Of a DNA stretch of 64,000 bases, positions 52,198-62,401 are shown piece after piece. The stretch is from an uncultured delta proteobacterium (GTDB taxonomy: Bacteria; Desulfobacterota; Binatia; UBA9968): positions 320,001 to 384,000 of the forward strand of contig CAVSHR010000009.1 of NCBI GenBank assembly GCA_963727625.1, given 5' to 3'. The position numbers and the translations under genes were made by a program. Position 1 is the first letter of the stretch. Each line of letters begins with the position of its first letter. The notes under the pieces were generated by a model, which was not told the DNA's origin, made no database searches, and saw only the letters and a program-made list of their open reading frames with translations.

Positions 52198-53910
52198 CTA
52201 CGGAAGAAGTCGCCCTTGCCAGGAAAGCCGAGCGTCGTGGCGCCGTTGCCACTTTAGGGCTGGGACGCAATAGCGCGCTTGCTCGCCGACAGCCTTTAGG
52301 ATCAGCGAATTGATCGACTTATTGCCTTGAAAGAAATGCTCGCGGTAACTGCCGTCGCCGAGAAATCCGTCGGCCCGGTTAAATAGATTCACCCGGAGTT
52401 TGTTGCTTGGCAGATGGTTCTTGCCATACAGGAGATCGCGGAAAGCGGACGGCATCCAGGGGAAAGAAGCATAGAGGGCGCGGATTTCCGCGGCAGCGCG
52501 GTCGATTTCGCACTCATCATCGGGGTTAACCTGCTCGATCAGCGTGTCGATTTTTTCCTGAAGCTGGAAGAAGGGGACAAAACCGCCACCGGCCAACTTG
52601 AGACCGCGCAATTGAGCCAGATAATCGGCGCGGGTTCTCGAGTACAGGCGAGCCATGTTGAGTTTAAGATATTCGAGATAGGCGCCTAATAGCCATAAAA
52701 TGGAGTACACCGACCAGAGTTTGTAATTCGCCCAAGACTTATACGAGTTCGCCGCCAGGCGATCATTCATTTCAACGTAGCGCAGAGTCATTTCCTCAAG
52801 AGGGGCGAATGCCTCCCTGCTGTAATCACCGGTCTGGTGCGCCTTTAGAATCAAATCGGCGGCCAGAATCACACCCATGTGGGTCAGGTACAAACCTTTC
52901 GAATAAAGCGGATCGATAAAACCGGCGGCGTGCGCTAACAAACAAAAGCGATCGCCCACGACGTGCCGCGCCGAATATTGCAGGCGATCGGAGCGTATCC
53001 AAGGACGGACGGCGCGGGCGCGCTTGAACTGCCCGCGAAGATCGGGAAATTGACCGATGAACGCAAAAAATTCTTGCTCAGGAGTAAGATCGGCGCGCAG
53101 CGGGTAAATGCGCGGATCGAGTTGCAAACCCACGCTACATAGAGGATTCGTAGCTTGGGCGTGATTATTGAACGGGATCACCCAGAGCCAGCCGCCTTTG
53201 AAGAGGTGATGCAGCGTCCCTTCACAAAGCCGAAACGGATGACCAAATTGCTCGCGCGAAGCGCCGACTTCGTTAAAACAGGGGACATCGACCATGTGGG
53301 TGTAAATGGTCCGGCTATGGGTCTTTAAGTCGCGGTGCCGCCAAGCGAGTTTTTCGGCTAGCATCGACTTCATGCCTCCCGCGTCGACAAGATACTCGGC
53401 TCGATAGCTCTGCTTATCGGTGGTCAGCTCGACTCCATCGGGCGCCAGGGCGACATCCCGCACCGGAGTACCCTGCAAGATGTCCACTCCGTACGAAATC
53501 GCGATGGCGGTGAGCAGGTAATCTGAATCCTGACGGTAAAGGTGCATCTCATGCCCGTACGGCAATCTGGGGATAACCGCCTGCAAGCTTTTTCGCCAGT
53601 CCTGGCGTTCGCCCGGCTTGTGATACAAGAAGCCGAAGTGCCGCTTTACGCCGTGCGAGGTGCCGACGAGGGAGTAGTAATTTTCCGAGCTGAAGTAGGC
53701 CAGCTCGGGGACGTCATAAAATTCCGCCAGGGCGCGCATCGTTTCGGACGTCTCCAGGATCATTGATTCACCGATTGTAAAACGTGGATGCACGCCTGCT
53801 TCGAACGCGATCACGGACAATCCCTGTCGCGCCAAAACGGCGGCCAGCGTCGAGCCGCCAATCCCGGTACCGATAATTGCCACGTCGTATTTTGAAGTCG
53901 AATTATTCAT
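52198..53910 (-). CDS. Flavin-dependent halogenase (PrnC-like)
   Basis: [23 protein letters not shown] (catalytic Lys region), WLWVIP (WxWxIP), FIDPLYSKG. Confidence 0.8.
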   Translation of the reverse strand: MNNSTSKYDVAIIGTGIGGSTLAAVLARQGLSVIAFEAGVHPRFTIGESMILETSETMRALAEFYDVPELAYFSSENYYSLVGTSHGVKRHFGFLYHKPGERQDWRKSLQAVIPRLPYGHEMHLYRQDSDYLLTAIAISYGVDILQGTPVRDVALAPDGVELTTDKQSYRAEYLVDAGGMKSMLAEKLAWRHRDLKTHSRTIYTHMVDVPCFNEVGASREQFGHPFRLCEGTLHHLFKGGWLWVIPFNNHAQATNPLCSVGLQLDPRIYPLRADLTPEQEFFAFIGQFPDLRGQFKRARAVRPWIRSDRLQYSARHVVGDRFCLLAHAAGFIDPLYSKGLYLTHMGVILAADLILKAHQTGDYSREAFAPLEEMTLRYVEMNDRLAANSYKSWANYKLWSVYSILWLLGAYLEYLKLNMARLYSRTRADYLAQLRGLKLAGGGFVPFFQLQEKIDTLIEQVNPDDECEIDRAAAEIRALYASFPWMPSAFRDLLYGKNHLPSNKLRVNLFNRADGFLGDGSYREHFFQGNKSINSLILKAVGEQARYCVPALKWQRRHDARLSWQGRLLP

Positions 53911-54139
53911 CGCGCCCGTTTTGCGTGACCATTGTTTTTGCGAACGGGGAATTTTTATCCTCTACGATGCCTTGTCCGTCACCGAAGCCGGCAGCAAGAG
54001 TGAAATCGATCCGAAACCAAACACCGCTGTCGGAGCGCGTCGCACATTTGTAGGCGCGTGAGCGTCAATCTGCTCAGATAGAACACCTTCTGTCCCGCTC
54101 GCAATCAGCATCGGCTTTTACGGTCGCGATCAGTAAGAC

Positions 54140-55261
54140 CTAAGCGAAGCTTCGCAACAGGATAAAACTTGCTGCTGAAAGTAGCGCGGCGGCGGGGAGA
54201 GTCAACACCCACGCTAATAGAATCGTCCGGATCGTCTGCCATTGCGCCCGTCCATTGGCGATCCCGATGCCGAAGAGCGCACCGCAGGACACATGGGTCG
54301 TCGATACCGGCATGCCCCATTTGGAGGCGAAAATTACCAGAAAACTAGTGACCAGATTAGCCCAGAGTCCGTGATCGGGTTCCATGCCGGTAATTTTCTT
54401 GCTGACCGTCTGCGCCACCGCTCTGGCGTTGAGTAAGCCGCCCAGCGCCATCGTCGCGGCGACCAGTTGGATGGAAAAGCGCAAATTCAACGTCCCGGCG
54501 ACCAGCCCGAGTGCGACGATCTTCGGCGTATCGTTGAGCCCGCGCGCGAAGCTGACGGCGCCCGCGCTAAAAAAATGACCGGCGTCGAGCAGCTTCCGGC
54601 CATTGATACCGAGTATCTTCCCTGACTGCGGCTGGGCACAAACCGCTTCGCGATCCACGATCACGCGTAAACCGGGCGTTGTCTCGACGAAGGAGAGGCC
54701 TTCGGCAGAGACCATGGCCGGAGTCCCGGCTTCGACGCATAAGCAATTTTCCCGGTTGAGACCGGCTCGCTTGAGGACGAAGCTCAGTAATGGAAAGCCC
54801 AAACTGGCGATCGCCACGGCACATAACGGACTGATCAATAGCGGCATCATAAATTTTACCGCCAGCGCCTTGAAGCCGAGGTCGAGGCCGACTGCGACCA
54901 GGCCGGTGCCGAAAAGCGCGCCGGTCAGACTATGGGTGGTCGAGATCGGCATGCCGAACTTGGTGGCGAGCATGACGGTCAACGCCGCGCCCAACACCAC
55001 GGCAGCGATAAACGGCTCGGACTCGGCGAGTTGCGCCGGCACCAATCCCTTGCCCTGAAAGACTGAAATCAGCTTGGTGGCGAGAAACAATGCGGCCAAG
55101 GATCCCGCGAAAGTCGTGATCGTCGCCCAGCCAAGCGCCCTGCGGTAATCCGTCGCGCCGCTGCCGAAGAGCGTCGCCACGCCTTTGAAATTATCGTTGG
55201 CGCCGTTGGCATAAGCGACAAAAAGTGTCGCGCCGATTACCATGACCGTCAAATCAAACAT
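54140..55261 (-). CDS. PiT-family inorganic phosphate/anion transporter with a Cys-containing insert
   Basis: NGANDNF, MPISTTH, GLNDTPK, MPVSTTH; loop ENCLCVE...VCAQ. Confidence 0.88.
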   Translation of the reverse strand: MFDLTVMVIGATLFVAYANGANDNFKGVATLFGSGATDYRRALGWATITTFAGSLAALFLATKLISVFQGKGLVPAQLAESEPFIAAVVLGAALTVMLATKFGMPISTTHSLTGALFGTGLVAVGLDLGFKALAVKFMMPLLISPLCAVAIASLGFPLLSFVLKRAGLNRENCLCVEAGTPAMVSAEGLSFVETTPGLRVIVDREAVCAQPQSGKILGINGRKLLDAGHFFSAGAVSFARGLNDTPKIVALGLVAGTLNLRFSIQLVAATMALGGLLNARAVAQTVSKKITGMEPDHGLWANLVTSFLVIFASKWGMPVSTTHVSCGALFGIGIANGRAQWQTIRTILLAWVLTLPAAALLSAASFILLRSFA

Positions 55262-55277
55262 CTCACGTGCACCTCAA

Positions 55278-56237
55278 TCAGACCAACGAGCCACCGCAGC
55301 TGCTGCCTGCGCCCGCCGTGCAGGCGTAGCAGTGATCGCCGGTGATAATTTCTCGCTGAGCGACTTGCTCCGGAGTCAAAGAAGAGATCGTCAAACGCGC
55401 GCCGCTGCCGTCGCTGAGCGGCAGATCAAGCATCTGGTTAAAGTCGCAGTCGTACACCGAGCCCTCCCAGCCGACGCTGATCAAATTGCGACACATCACC
55501 TGCTCCAGCGTCGCGGCGTTGAAGCTGCTTTCCAGTAATTCCAAATAGCGGTCGTACTCGCCACGCAACTTGAGATGAATCGCGTAGCGGGTGATCGGCA
55601 TGTTGGTTAGGCAGTAAAGATGATTGAACATAATGCCGAACTTTTCAGCGAGCATTCGTGCATAGTCCTGCTCCAACTTCGCTTGCGGCGGCGGCAAGTG
55701 CGGGCCGACCGGATTGTAGACCAGATTCAAGACCAGGCCGGCGTCGGCTTGGCCGTAACCGATTTCGTTTAACCGCTGCAGGGCACGGATGCTGGCATCG
55801 AAAGTCCCCTTGCCGCGCTGTTTGTCGACGTTTTCTTCGGAATAACAGGGCAAGGAACAAATCAGCTCGACCCCATGCTCTTTAAAAAACGCCGGTAGAT
55901 ATTCCTTACCGGGCTCGAAAATGACGGTTAGATTGCAGCGGTCCATCACGTGGCGGCCGAGGCGCCGCGCTGCTGTGACTAAATAATCGAAATCGGCATG
56001 CAGCTCCGGCGCGCCGCCGGTGAGATCCAAGGTTGGAATCTCGCTGCGCGCAAGAAAACCCAAGACTGCCTCGACGTTCTCCCGGCTCATCATCTCCTTG
56101 CGCGCCGGCCCCGACTCGACGTGGCAGTGAATGCAGGCGAGATTGCAGTAACGTCCCAGGTTGACTTGAAGAACGTCGACCGCGCGGCGCTTAAGGCTCC
56201 CGCCGCACTCAGAAAGTTTTTCGACGAAACTTTGCAT
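55278..56237 (-). CDS. arsS: Arsenosugar biosynthesis radical SAM protein (TIGR04167-like), Cys form
   Basis: CNLACIHCHV, DLTGGAPE, YDCDFNQML, C-terminal HCYACTAGAGSSCGG. Confidence 0.88.
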   Translation of the reverse strand: MQSFVEKLSECGGSLKRRAVDVLQVNLGRYCNLACIHCHVESGPARKEMMSRENVEAVLGFLARSEIPTLDLTGGAPELHADFDYLVTAARRLGRHVMDRCNLTVIFEPGKEYLPAFFKEHGVELICSLPCYSEENVDKQRGKGTFDASIRALQRLNEIGYGQADAGLVLNLVYNPVGPHLPPPQAKLEQDYARMLAEKFGIMFNHLYCLTNMPITRYAIHLKLRGEYDRYLELLESSFNAATLEQVMCRNLISVGWEGSVYDCDFNQMLDLPLSDGSGARLTISSLTPEQVAQREIITGDHCYACTAGAGSSCGGSLV

Positions 56238-56272
56238 AGTGACGCGAGAGGAGTTGATTTTTATCGGTACCG

Positions 56273-56305
56273 TTTTTAATTTTCAAATTTTCAATTCTTA
56301 ATTTC
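56273..56305. repeat. AT-rich 7-bp tandem repeat (TTTCAAT-like)
   Basis: ttttaattttcaaattttcaattcttaattt between the methyltransferase and arsS. Confidence 0.5.
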
Positions 56306-57508
56306 CTACGGGCAGCAATTCGAGCCCGGTCCGCAAACACTGCCGGATAATCGAGTGACGTTGAACTCAACGCCTTTGGTCTCGCGGGGGTGGCGTTTGT
56401 GATCGCGTGCGCAGTCGAACCGGCCGGCGTTTTCCGGTGCGATTTCCTCGCGCGGCGGCACCAGGATGAACTGGCCGGCATAGGGTGGCTGCGCATAGAG
56501 TTTGAACGTTTTGTCGCACACCGCCATACGCGCGCCACGTTCCAGCGTATGGCCGTCGTCATCGACCACTTGCTTCCAGGGGCCTCGGTAAATGACCGCC
56601 TGGTCACGCTCGATGCACGGCCCTTCCTTGCCCTTGTAGGCGGTCACGGTGACGGCGCGAAACTCGATGCCTTCGACGGTCTGATAAGGTTCCGAACTGA
56701 AGTCCTCGATCTGGATGCCGTGGAACTTGGCTTTTTCGAAAGCGCGGAGAAATTCCTCCTCTTGGAAGGCGCCGGAGACGCAGGCGCTCCAGAGACTCGG
56801 GTCCTTGGCTAGATGATCCGGCACCGGTTCGTCGCTGACGATGTCGGAAATCGCGACTCGGCCGCCGCGCTTGAGCACGCGGTACATCTCGGCGAACAGC
56901 GGCTTTTTATCCTCCGGCCGCACCAGGTTGAGCACGCAGTTGGAAACGATCACGTCGATGGAGTCATCGGCGATCAGCGGCTGCTCGCGCCGAATTTTGT
57001 TTTGGAATTCTTCCAAGCGCGCCAGATCGGCGACCGAGCCGATTGGATTGCGCCGCAAATAACGGTCGATTAATTCTAGATTGGTTTGCAGGTCTTGAAT
57101 CTTGCCCCGACGAAACTCGACGTTGTGGTAGCCGAGTCGGTCGCCGATGGACTTGCGGTATTTGCGCGCCAACTCCAGCATCGGCGGATTGAAGTCGATG
57201 CCGATGACTTTGCCCTGGGCGCCGACGATCTGGCCGATGATGTAGCATGCTTTGCCGCTGCCGGAGCCCAGGTCCAAAACCGTTTCGCCTCGATGAATAT
57301 AGCGCGACGGATCGCCGCAACCGTAGTCTTTTTCGATAATCTCGTCAGGGATAACGGTCAGCAAAGATTTGTCATAACTCACCGGCAGGCAGAGACAAGC
57401 CTCGACTTCTTCTGCAGCGTTGCCGTAGCGCTGTAATACTGCCGTTTCGGGGTTAAATCTCTTGCTTGAAATTGTGTCGTTGTTTGAGCCGTTCAAATCC
57501 ATATCCAT
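56306..57508 (-). CDS. Arsenite methyltransferase-like SAM methyltransferase with an extended C-terminus
   Basis: CLCLPVSY, YGCGDP, LDLGSGSG, SNCVLNL, WSACVSGA, C-terminal CGPGSNCC. Confidence 0.8.
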   Translation of the reverse strand: MDMDLNGSNNDTISSKRFNPETAVLQRYGNAAEEVEACLCLPVSYDKSLLTVIPDEIIEKDYGCGDPSRYIHRGETVLDLGSGSGKACYIIGQIVGAQGKVIGIDFNPPMLELARKYRKSIGDRLGYHNVEFRRGKIQDLQTNLELIDRYLRRNPIGSVADLARLEEFQNKIRREQPLIADDSIDVIVSNCVLNLVRPEDKKPLFAEMYRVLKRGGRVAISDIVSDEPVPDHLAKDPSLWSACVSGAFQEEEFLRAFEKAKFHGIQIEDFSSEPYQTVEGIEFRAVTVTAYKGKEGPCIERDQAVIYRGPWKQVVDDDGHTLERGARMAVCDKTFKLYAQPPYAGQFILVPPREEIAPENAGRFDCARDHKRHPRETKGVEFNVTRLSGSVCGPGSNCCP

Positions 57509-57615
57509 CTGCCTTCCTCGTAACGCGATTGGCTTTAATTGCACCAGCTTGGCTCAATCCAAGCCGGCGGACAAGTAAGCCCAACATCGCCTGCGTCCGC
57601 TTTGGCTGTTGATTA

Positions 57616-57640
57616 AACGAAAAAAGGTGCAAAAAGTTCC
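57616..57640 (-). promoter_or_regulatory. Putative ECF-sigma promoter upstream of the methyltransferase-arsS-pit block
   Basis: Minus strand GGAAC-tttttgcacctttttt(16)-CGTT. Confidence 0.55.
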
Positions 57641-57690
57641 GGGTTTGCGGATAGCTTGAAACTTTATGTACCGAGCCGGCTTGGGCCGAC

Positions 57691-58801
57691 TTAGGAATTC
57701 ACCGGCTCATCGGCCTGCATCAGGTACGCTTCTATGAATTGATCGATATCGCCGTCGAGCACCGCATCCGCGTTGCCGACTTCGACGTTAGTTCGGTGAT
57801 CTTTAACCATGCGGTAGGGATGAAGCACATAGGAACGGATCTGGCTGCCAAAGCCGATGTCCTTCTTGGTTTTGTGGTAGGTCTCCATTTTCTCTTTCTG
57901 CTTTTCGATTTCGAGCTCGTAGAGACGTGATTTTAAAATTTTCATCGCCATGGCGCGATTTTTATGTTGCGAGCGCTCGTTTTGACAGGCTACGACGATG
58001 CCGGTGGGAAGATGGGTCAGGCGCACGGCAGAGTCGGTCTTGTTCACATGCTGGCCGCCGGCGCCGCTCGAACGATAGGTATCGACGCGCAGGTCGGCTT
58101 CGTCGATCTCGACTTTGATATCGTCGTCCACTTCCGGATAGACAAAGACTGAAGCAAACGAAGTATGGCGCCGCGAGTTGGCGTCGAAAGGCGAGATCCG
58201 CACCAGGCGGTGAATACCGGCTTCGGCCTTTAAATAGCCGTAGGCGTAGTCGCCCTCCACCAGAAAGGTCACGCTTTTTACCCCCGCCTCTTCACCAGGC
58301 TGATATTCGAGAATTTCTTTCCGGTAGCCGCGCCGGTCGCACCAGCGCAGATACAGACGCAAGAGGATTTCGGCCCAATCCTGCGCCTCCGTGCCGCCGG
58401 CGCCCGGATGGAGCGTGACGATGGCATTGCGCCGGTCGTCCGGCCCGCCGAGCAACTGGGTAAGCTCGGTCTGCGCCATCTCCTTGCCGACGGCAGCGAC
58501 TTTGGCGACGGCCTCGGTCAATGCCTCGTCGCTCTTTTCCGCTTCGGCCACGTCGAGAAAAAAACGCGCCTCTTCGAGGTCGGCGTGATGTTTCGTCCAT
58601 GCGTCGATGACGCCTTTGAGAGCGGACTGTTCCTTGAAAATCGCCTGAGCTTTTTCCGCGTCGGTCCAGAAATCGGGTTGAGAGGTGATCTTGTTTAGTT
58701 CTGCGATCCGCTTTTGCTTGGTCTCGACGTCAAAGACGCCTCCGCAAAAGCTCGAGCCGCTCTTCCAAGTGGGTCAATTCCTCGCCGGTTTCTTCTAACA
58801 T
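57691..58801 (-). CDS. prfB: Peptide chain release factor 2 with programmed +1 frameshift
   Basis: ATG 58801; codon 23 in CGGAGG-CGT-CTT-TGA-C (CTTTGAC at 58735-58729); SPF and GGQ motifs. Confidence 0.96.
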
Positions 58802-58870
58802 TTAGGCTCTTTCTCGCACTGTAACTCGTGCATCGGACTCCTGAATTTGGGGATTTGAGGATCGCTGTGA

Positions 58871-59320
58871 TTATAGCCCGATTAAGCCCCGCTCACAAAG
58901 CTGCCGATAAATTTTCCGCTCCAGCCGCTTCATGACCAGGGCGTCTTTTGCCGAACGCTCGTGATCGTAGCCGAGCAAATGGACCACGCCGTGAATCAAC
59001 AGCGTGACCATCTCATGGTCCAAAGTATGCCGTCGCTCCTTGGCCTGTTGCGCGGCTTTCTCCACCGAAATGATCACGTCGCCGAGCAGCGGCGTCCCAA
59101 GCTGCAGATCCGTGCCGGCGGGAAAGGACAACACATCGGTCGGATAGTTCTTGTGCCGGTATCGGGAGTTGAGCTTTTGCATTTCGTCGTTGCCGATCAA
59201 CGCAAGGCTCAGCTCTGCGGTCTTCTGGCCGGTCAACTCGAGCACGGCCAAGGCAATTTTTTTGAACGTCCGGCTTGGATATTTCGTCCCGGCGCCGCGC
59301 CGGGCGATTTCAGCGGGCAT
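58871..59320 (-). CDS. ybeY: rRNA maturation endoribonuclease
   Basis: PTDVLSF, LGDVIIS, HGVVHLLGYDH. Confidence 0.93.
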   Translation of the reverse strand: MPAEIARRGAGTKYPSRTFKKIALAVLELTGQKTAELSLALIGNDEMQKLNSRYRHKNYPTDVLSFPAGTDLQLGTPLLGDVIISVEKAAQQAKERRHTLDHEMVTLLIHGVVHLLGYDHERSAKDALVMKRLERKIYRQLCERGLIGL

Positions 59321-59362
59321 GTTCGGATACTAACGTTTCGACGGAAGACTTACGAGGCGGCG

Positions 59363-60436
59363 CTAGCGAACATTGAAGATCTGATTGTAAGAAGCGATCA
59401 GTTCATTCAAGTTCGGACCGATGGTCGCCGGATTCACGAACACGAACTCTTTTTTGTAGAGTTCTTGATGGCGCGGAATCTGTTTGATCCCCTTGCGCAG
59501 TGTCATGCGCGGGATTTGCTGGGCCAAAACCGTTTGGCCTTCCTCGGAAAGCATCCAGTCGATGAAGAGTATGGAGGCGTACGGATGGGCGGAACGACGC
59601 ATGAGCGCAAGCCCGCTGGGTTCGGCCGGATAAGGATCGAGCAAGCGGTAATCGATCGGCGCGCCTTTTTCTTTGTACTCGGTGGCACGCCGGCCCCGCG
59701 CGGCGATAGCGAGCGCCGACTCGCCGGCAAGCATGAGCTGCAAACGCATGACGCTGCTGCTGCCGGGAATATGGAGCTCTTGGCGCGCCAGCGCGCGCAT
59801 GAAATCCAACCCTTTGGCCTTGCCCATGCCGTCGAGCATGACCGAGTACCAGGCGTACTCGTCGCTACCGAAATTCATCTTGCCTTTCCATTTTGGCTGC
59901 AGCAGCTCTTGATAGCTGCGCGGCGCTTGGTCCGGTGGCGCCAGCTTGGTGTTAAAGGCCAGCACGAGCGGCGTCACCTCTGTCGACGACCAAAAGCCCT
60001 GCGGATCGTAGGAACCGGTCGGGAAGGCTTTCAGCTCCGGCGAAAGGTAGGGTGCCGAATAGCCCTGTAGTTTAAGCTCCCACATCTCCACCGGCGCTGA
60101 GCCGACCACATCGACCGCAAAGCGACCGGCCCGGGCCTCGGTTTCGACCTTGGGCATGATCGATGACTGGGACAATCTGTTTACCGTCACCTTGACGTAG
60201 GGCACGGCTTTTTCGAAGGCGCCGACGATCTTGGGAAAATCGGTCAAGCTCATCGAAGTGTACCAGACGACTTCCCCTTCTTTACGCGCACCTTCCTCAA
60301 GCGCCGCTTTTCGTTGTCCAGGCGCAAGATTTCTCAGGTTTTTAACGACGTCTGCGACCGTCGCTGCCTGGCCGTGGGCGATCGGAGAGAACAGCGGCCA
60401 TAGCGCCGCTAGCAATATAGCTCGGACAAACCGCAT
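59363..60436 (-). CDS. ABC transporter extracellular solute-binding protein (iron/thiamine-type)
   Basis: Signal peptide; GARKEGEVVWYTS, LLQPKWKGK, FIDWMLSEEGQ. Confidence 0.85.
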   Translation of the reverse strand: MRFVRAILLAALWPLFSPIAHGQAATVADVVKNLRNLAPGQRKAALEEGARKEGEVVWYTSMSLTDFPKIVGAFEKAVPYVKVTVNRLSQSSIMPKVETEARAGRFAVDVVGSAPVEMWELKLQGYSAPYLSPELKAFPTGSYDPQGFWSSTEVTPLVLAFNTKLAPPDQAPRSYQELLQPKWKGKMNFGSDEYAWYSVMLDGMGKAKGLDFMRALARQELHIPGSSSVMRLQLMLAGESALAIAARGRRATEYKEKGAPIDYRLLDPYPAEPSGLALMRRSAHPYASILFIDWMLSEEGQTVLAQQIPRMTLRKGIKQIPRHQELYKKEFVFVNPATIGPNLNELIASYNQIFNVR

Positions 60437-60592
60437 ATCTAGTCGCAATGAATTGCGCCTGATTTAACACCAAGTCGTTAAGCGGTCAAGCCGCTGTGAG
60501 CGAGCGCCGCAATCTTGCCCGCATGCTGACTTAATTGACTTGCGAAAGTCGATTTGCTAAAAAAAGTGAAGTTCGATTCTCAGGAGGATAAG

Positions 60593-60865
60593 ATGACGTA
60601 CATCATTGCTGAGCCCTGCATCGATATCAAAGACACTGCTTGTGTCGATGTCTGCCCGGTCGATTGCATTCACCCAACCAAAAACGAAACCGAAGAATTT
60701 GAGAAGGAAAATAAGCTCTATATCGATCCGGAGGAGTGCATTGATTGCGGTGCCTGCGAACCGGTCTGCCCTGTGGAAGCGATCTTCGAAGAAGCCGCGA
60801 CGCCGGACAAATGGAAGAAATTCATCCAAATCGACGCCGACTGGTATAAAGCGAAAAAGGGCTGA
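60593..60865 (+). CDS. Ferredoxin (7Fe-type)
   Basis: EPCIDIKDTACVDVCPVDC and CIDCGACEPVCP; AGGAGG RBS; TTGACT-N17-TAAAAA upstream. Confidence 0.93.
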   Translation: MTYIIAEPCIDIKDTACVDVCPVDCIHPTKNETEEFEKENKLYIDPEECIDCGACEPVCPVEAIFEEAATPDKWKKFIQIDADWYKAKKG

Positions 60866-60901
60866 TCAACAGCTCCTTTCCCGCGCGCTAAAGTTGCCCA
60901 C

Positions 60902-60929
60902 GGGCTGAGTTAAAACTCAGCCCTTTTTT
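60902..60929 (+). terminator. Rho-independent terminator
   Basis: GGGCTGAGT-TAAA-ACTCAGCCC-TTTTTT. Confidence 0.85.
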
Positions 60930-60954
60930 GTTGCGCACCCGGTTTTCACCCGCT

Positions 60955-62184
60955 CTAGTTTACCCTGACCCGGATCACACCGTTGCTGCTTCCTCCCTTG
61001 CCGTCGGCGACGCGATAAACAAAACCATCGATGATGTTCGACTGGCGAGCCGGTGGCCAATACCGCACAAACGAGCCGCGCAGTTGTACGGCGCCACCGC
61101 GACTGGATCGGTCATGGGGCAGTGAAAATCGTAGCGGATCGCCGTTGGCATCGAAGGTTAGATAATCCAGATTGATCGTGACCGGAGTATTTGCAGGCGT
61201 CGCAACCGCGGTGTTGAACGCTTTGGGCTTTAGGTTGCCGGGAAAAATCAACTTGAGTTTTTGCAGGATTTCGATCATCCGCCTGGCTATGCTTTTCACC
61301 GCGCCTCGTTCAATGCCGAGGTAACCATGATACGTCAGCGCGTTACAGGGGGCCGGATCCAACTCGAACCCGCCGACCACACCGTTTAAGGCCGAAGATA
61401 CGCCCGCGGCGAGAAAGTCGTTGTGCAAAGCCACCGCATCGACCGGCTTGGTTACCGCACAACCATCCTGTTTATGGGCAAGAACATGAACCGGGACGCT
61501 GACAAAGTCAGGTTTCAAGCGCGGGTGCGTCGAAGTGGCACCAATCCATAGATTCTGCGGATTTCCGCTCGGCGAGGTAACAGGGCTTGAAAGCATGCTC
61601 CCTATGCCCAGCATATTCTGAGCGGTTACGGAAATCGTCCCTCGACTGGTGCCCGCGAGAAAAACATTCAGATGCTGCGTGCCGTATTGTTTGGTGACCG
61701 CCGCCAATACCGTGGCGATGTCCTGCGCGTGAGCGGGGCTGACCCGATATTGATCGAACTCCGCATTTGAAAAACCTTGAGTGGTGGACGGCCGATCGAT
61801 GGTCACCGCAAGAAAACCAAATTCGGCAAAAAGCTGCGCGCTACGAACCAGAAAATTGTTGCCCACCGCGGCCACCCCACCCGTACCGTCCGGGGTAATG
61901 CCGGTCCCACCCGCACCGCCGGAAAAAAGCATGACGACCGCCTTCGGAGCGCCCATAGGCAGGTGCACCATGTACTGCACGGTGACATCCAGATCGTTTC
62001 CGACGCCGTTCTCCTGACGCGTGCTGATAATGCCGTAAAGACCGCAAGGCGCCGAGTCGATAATGTTGTTGGCGTCTTGGCTGTTCACCACGCATTCCGG
62101 CAGGGATGCGGCGCGACCGTCGCTAACTGCGTTTGCACCGATCAAGAAGCAGACAAACAAAAACAGCGCTGCTCGTTTGACCAT
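60955..62184 (-). CDS. Secreted alpha/beta-hydrolase-like protein with a C-terminal Ig-like domain
   Basis: Signal peptide; NFLVRS, GTSRG, H..DGC, HGYLG; C-terminal DANGDPL...DGFVYRVADGKGG. Confidence 0.7.
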   Translation of the reverse strand: MVKRAALFLFVCFLIGANAVSDGRAASLPECVVNSQDANNIIDSAPCGLYGIISTRQENGVGNDLDVTVQYMVHLPMGAPKAVVMLFSGGAGGTGITPDGTGGVAAVGNNFLVRSAQLFAEFGFLAVTIDRPSTTQGFSNAEFDQYRVSPAHAQDIATVLAAVTKQYGTQHLNVFLAGTSRGTISVTAQNMLGIGSMLSSPVTSPSGNPQNLWIGATSTHPRLKPDFVSVPVHVLAHKQDGCAVTKPVDAVALHNDFLAAGVSSALNGVVGGFELDPAPCNALTYHGYLGIERGAVKSIARRMIEILQKLKLIFPGNLKPKAFNTAVATPANTPVTINLDYLTFDANGDPLRFSLPHDRSSRGGAVQLRGSFVRYWPPARQSNIIDGFVYRVADGKGGSSNGVIRVRVN

Positions 62185-62401
62185 AAGTTACCTCCTGCTT
62201 GCCGCCCATTTTACTGAAACTGCGCCGCAAACCTCAATGGATATCGCGATTTTTCACTCGGCCGGCAGCCTGTCAGGTTGAACCATTGAGAGAAATAATG
62301 CGACACTCGCGTCATCATGAAGAAAATTCTTTTGGAAAATTTGACTTGATCCCTCCGCGTTCTCTGTTGTACGCATGCAATTGACGAGAAGGGAGCATCC
62401 T

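Noticed and set aside
55278-55330. Selenocysteine in the ArsS C-terminus
   Set aside because: GSSCGG is encoded with a Cys codon; the terminal TGA falls after the normal end
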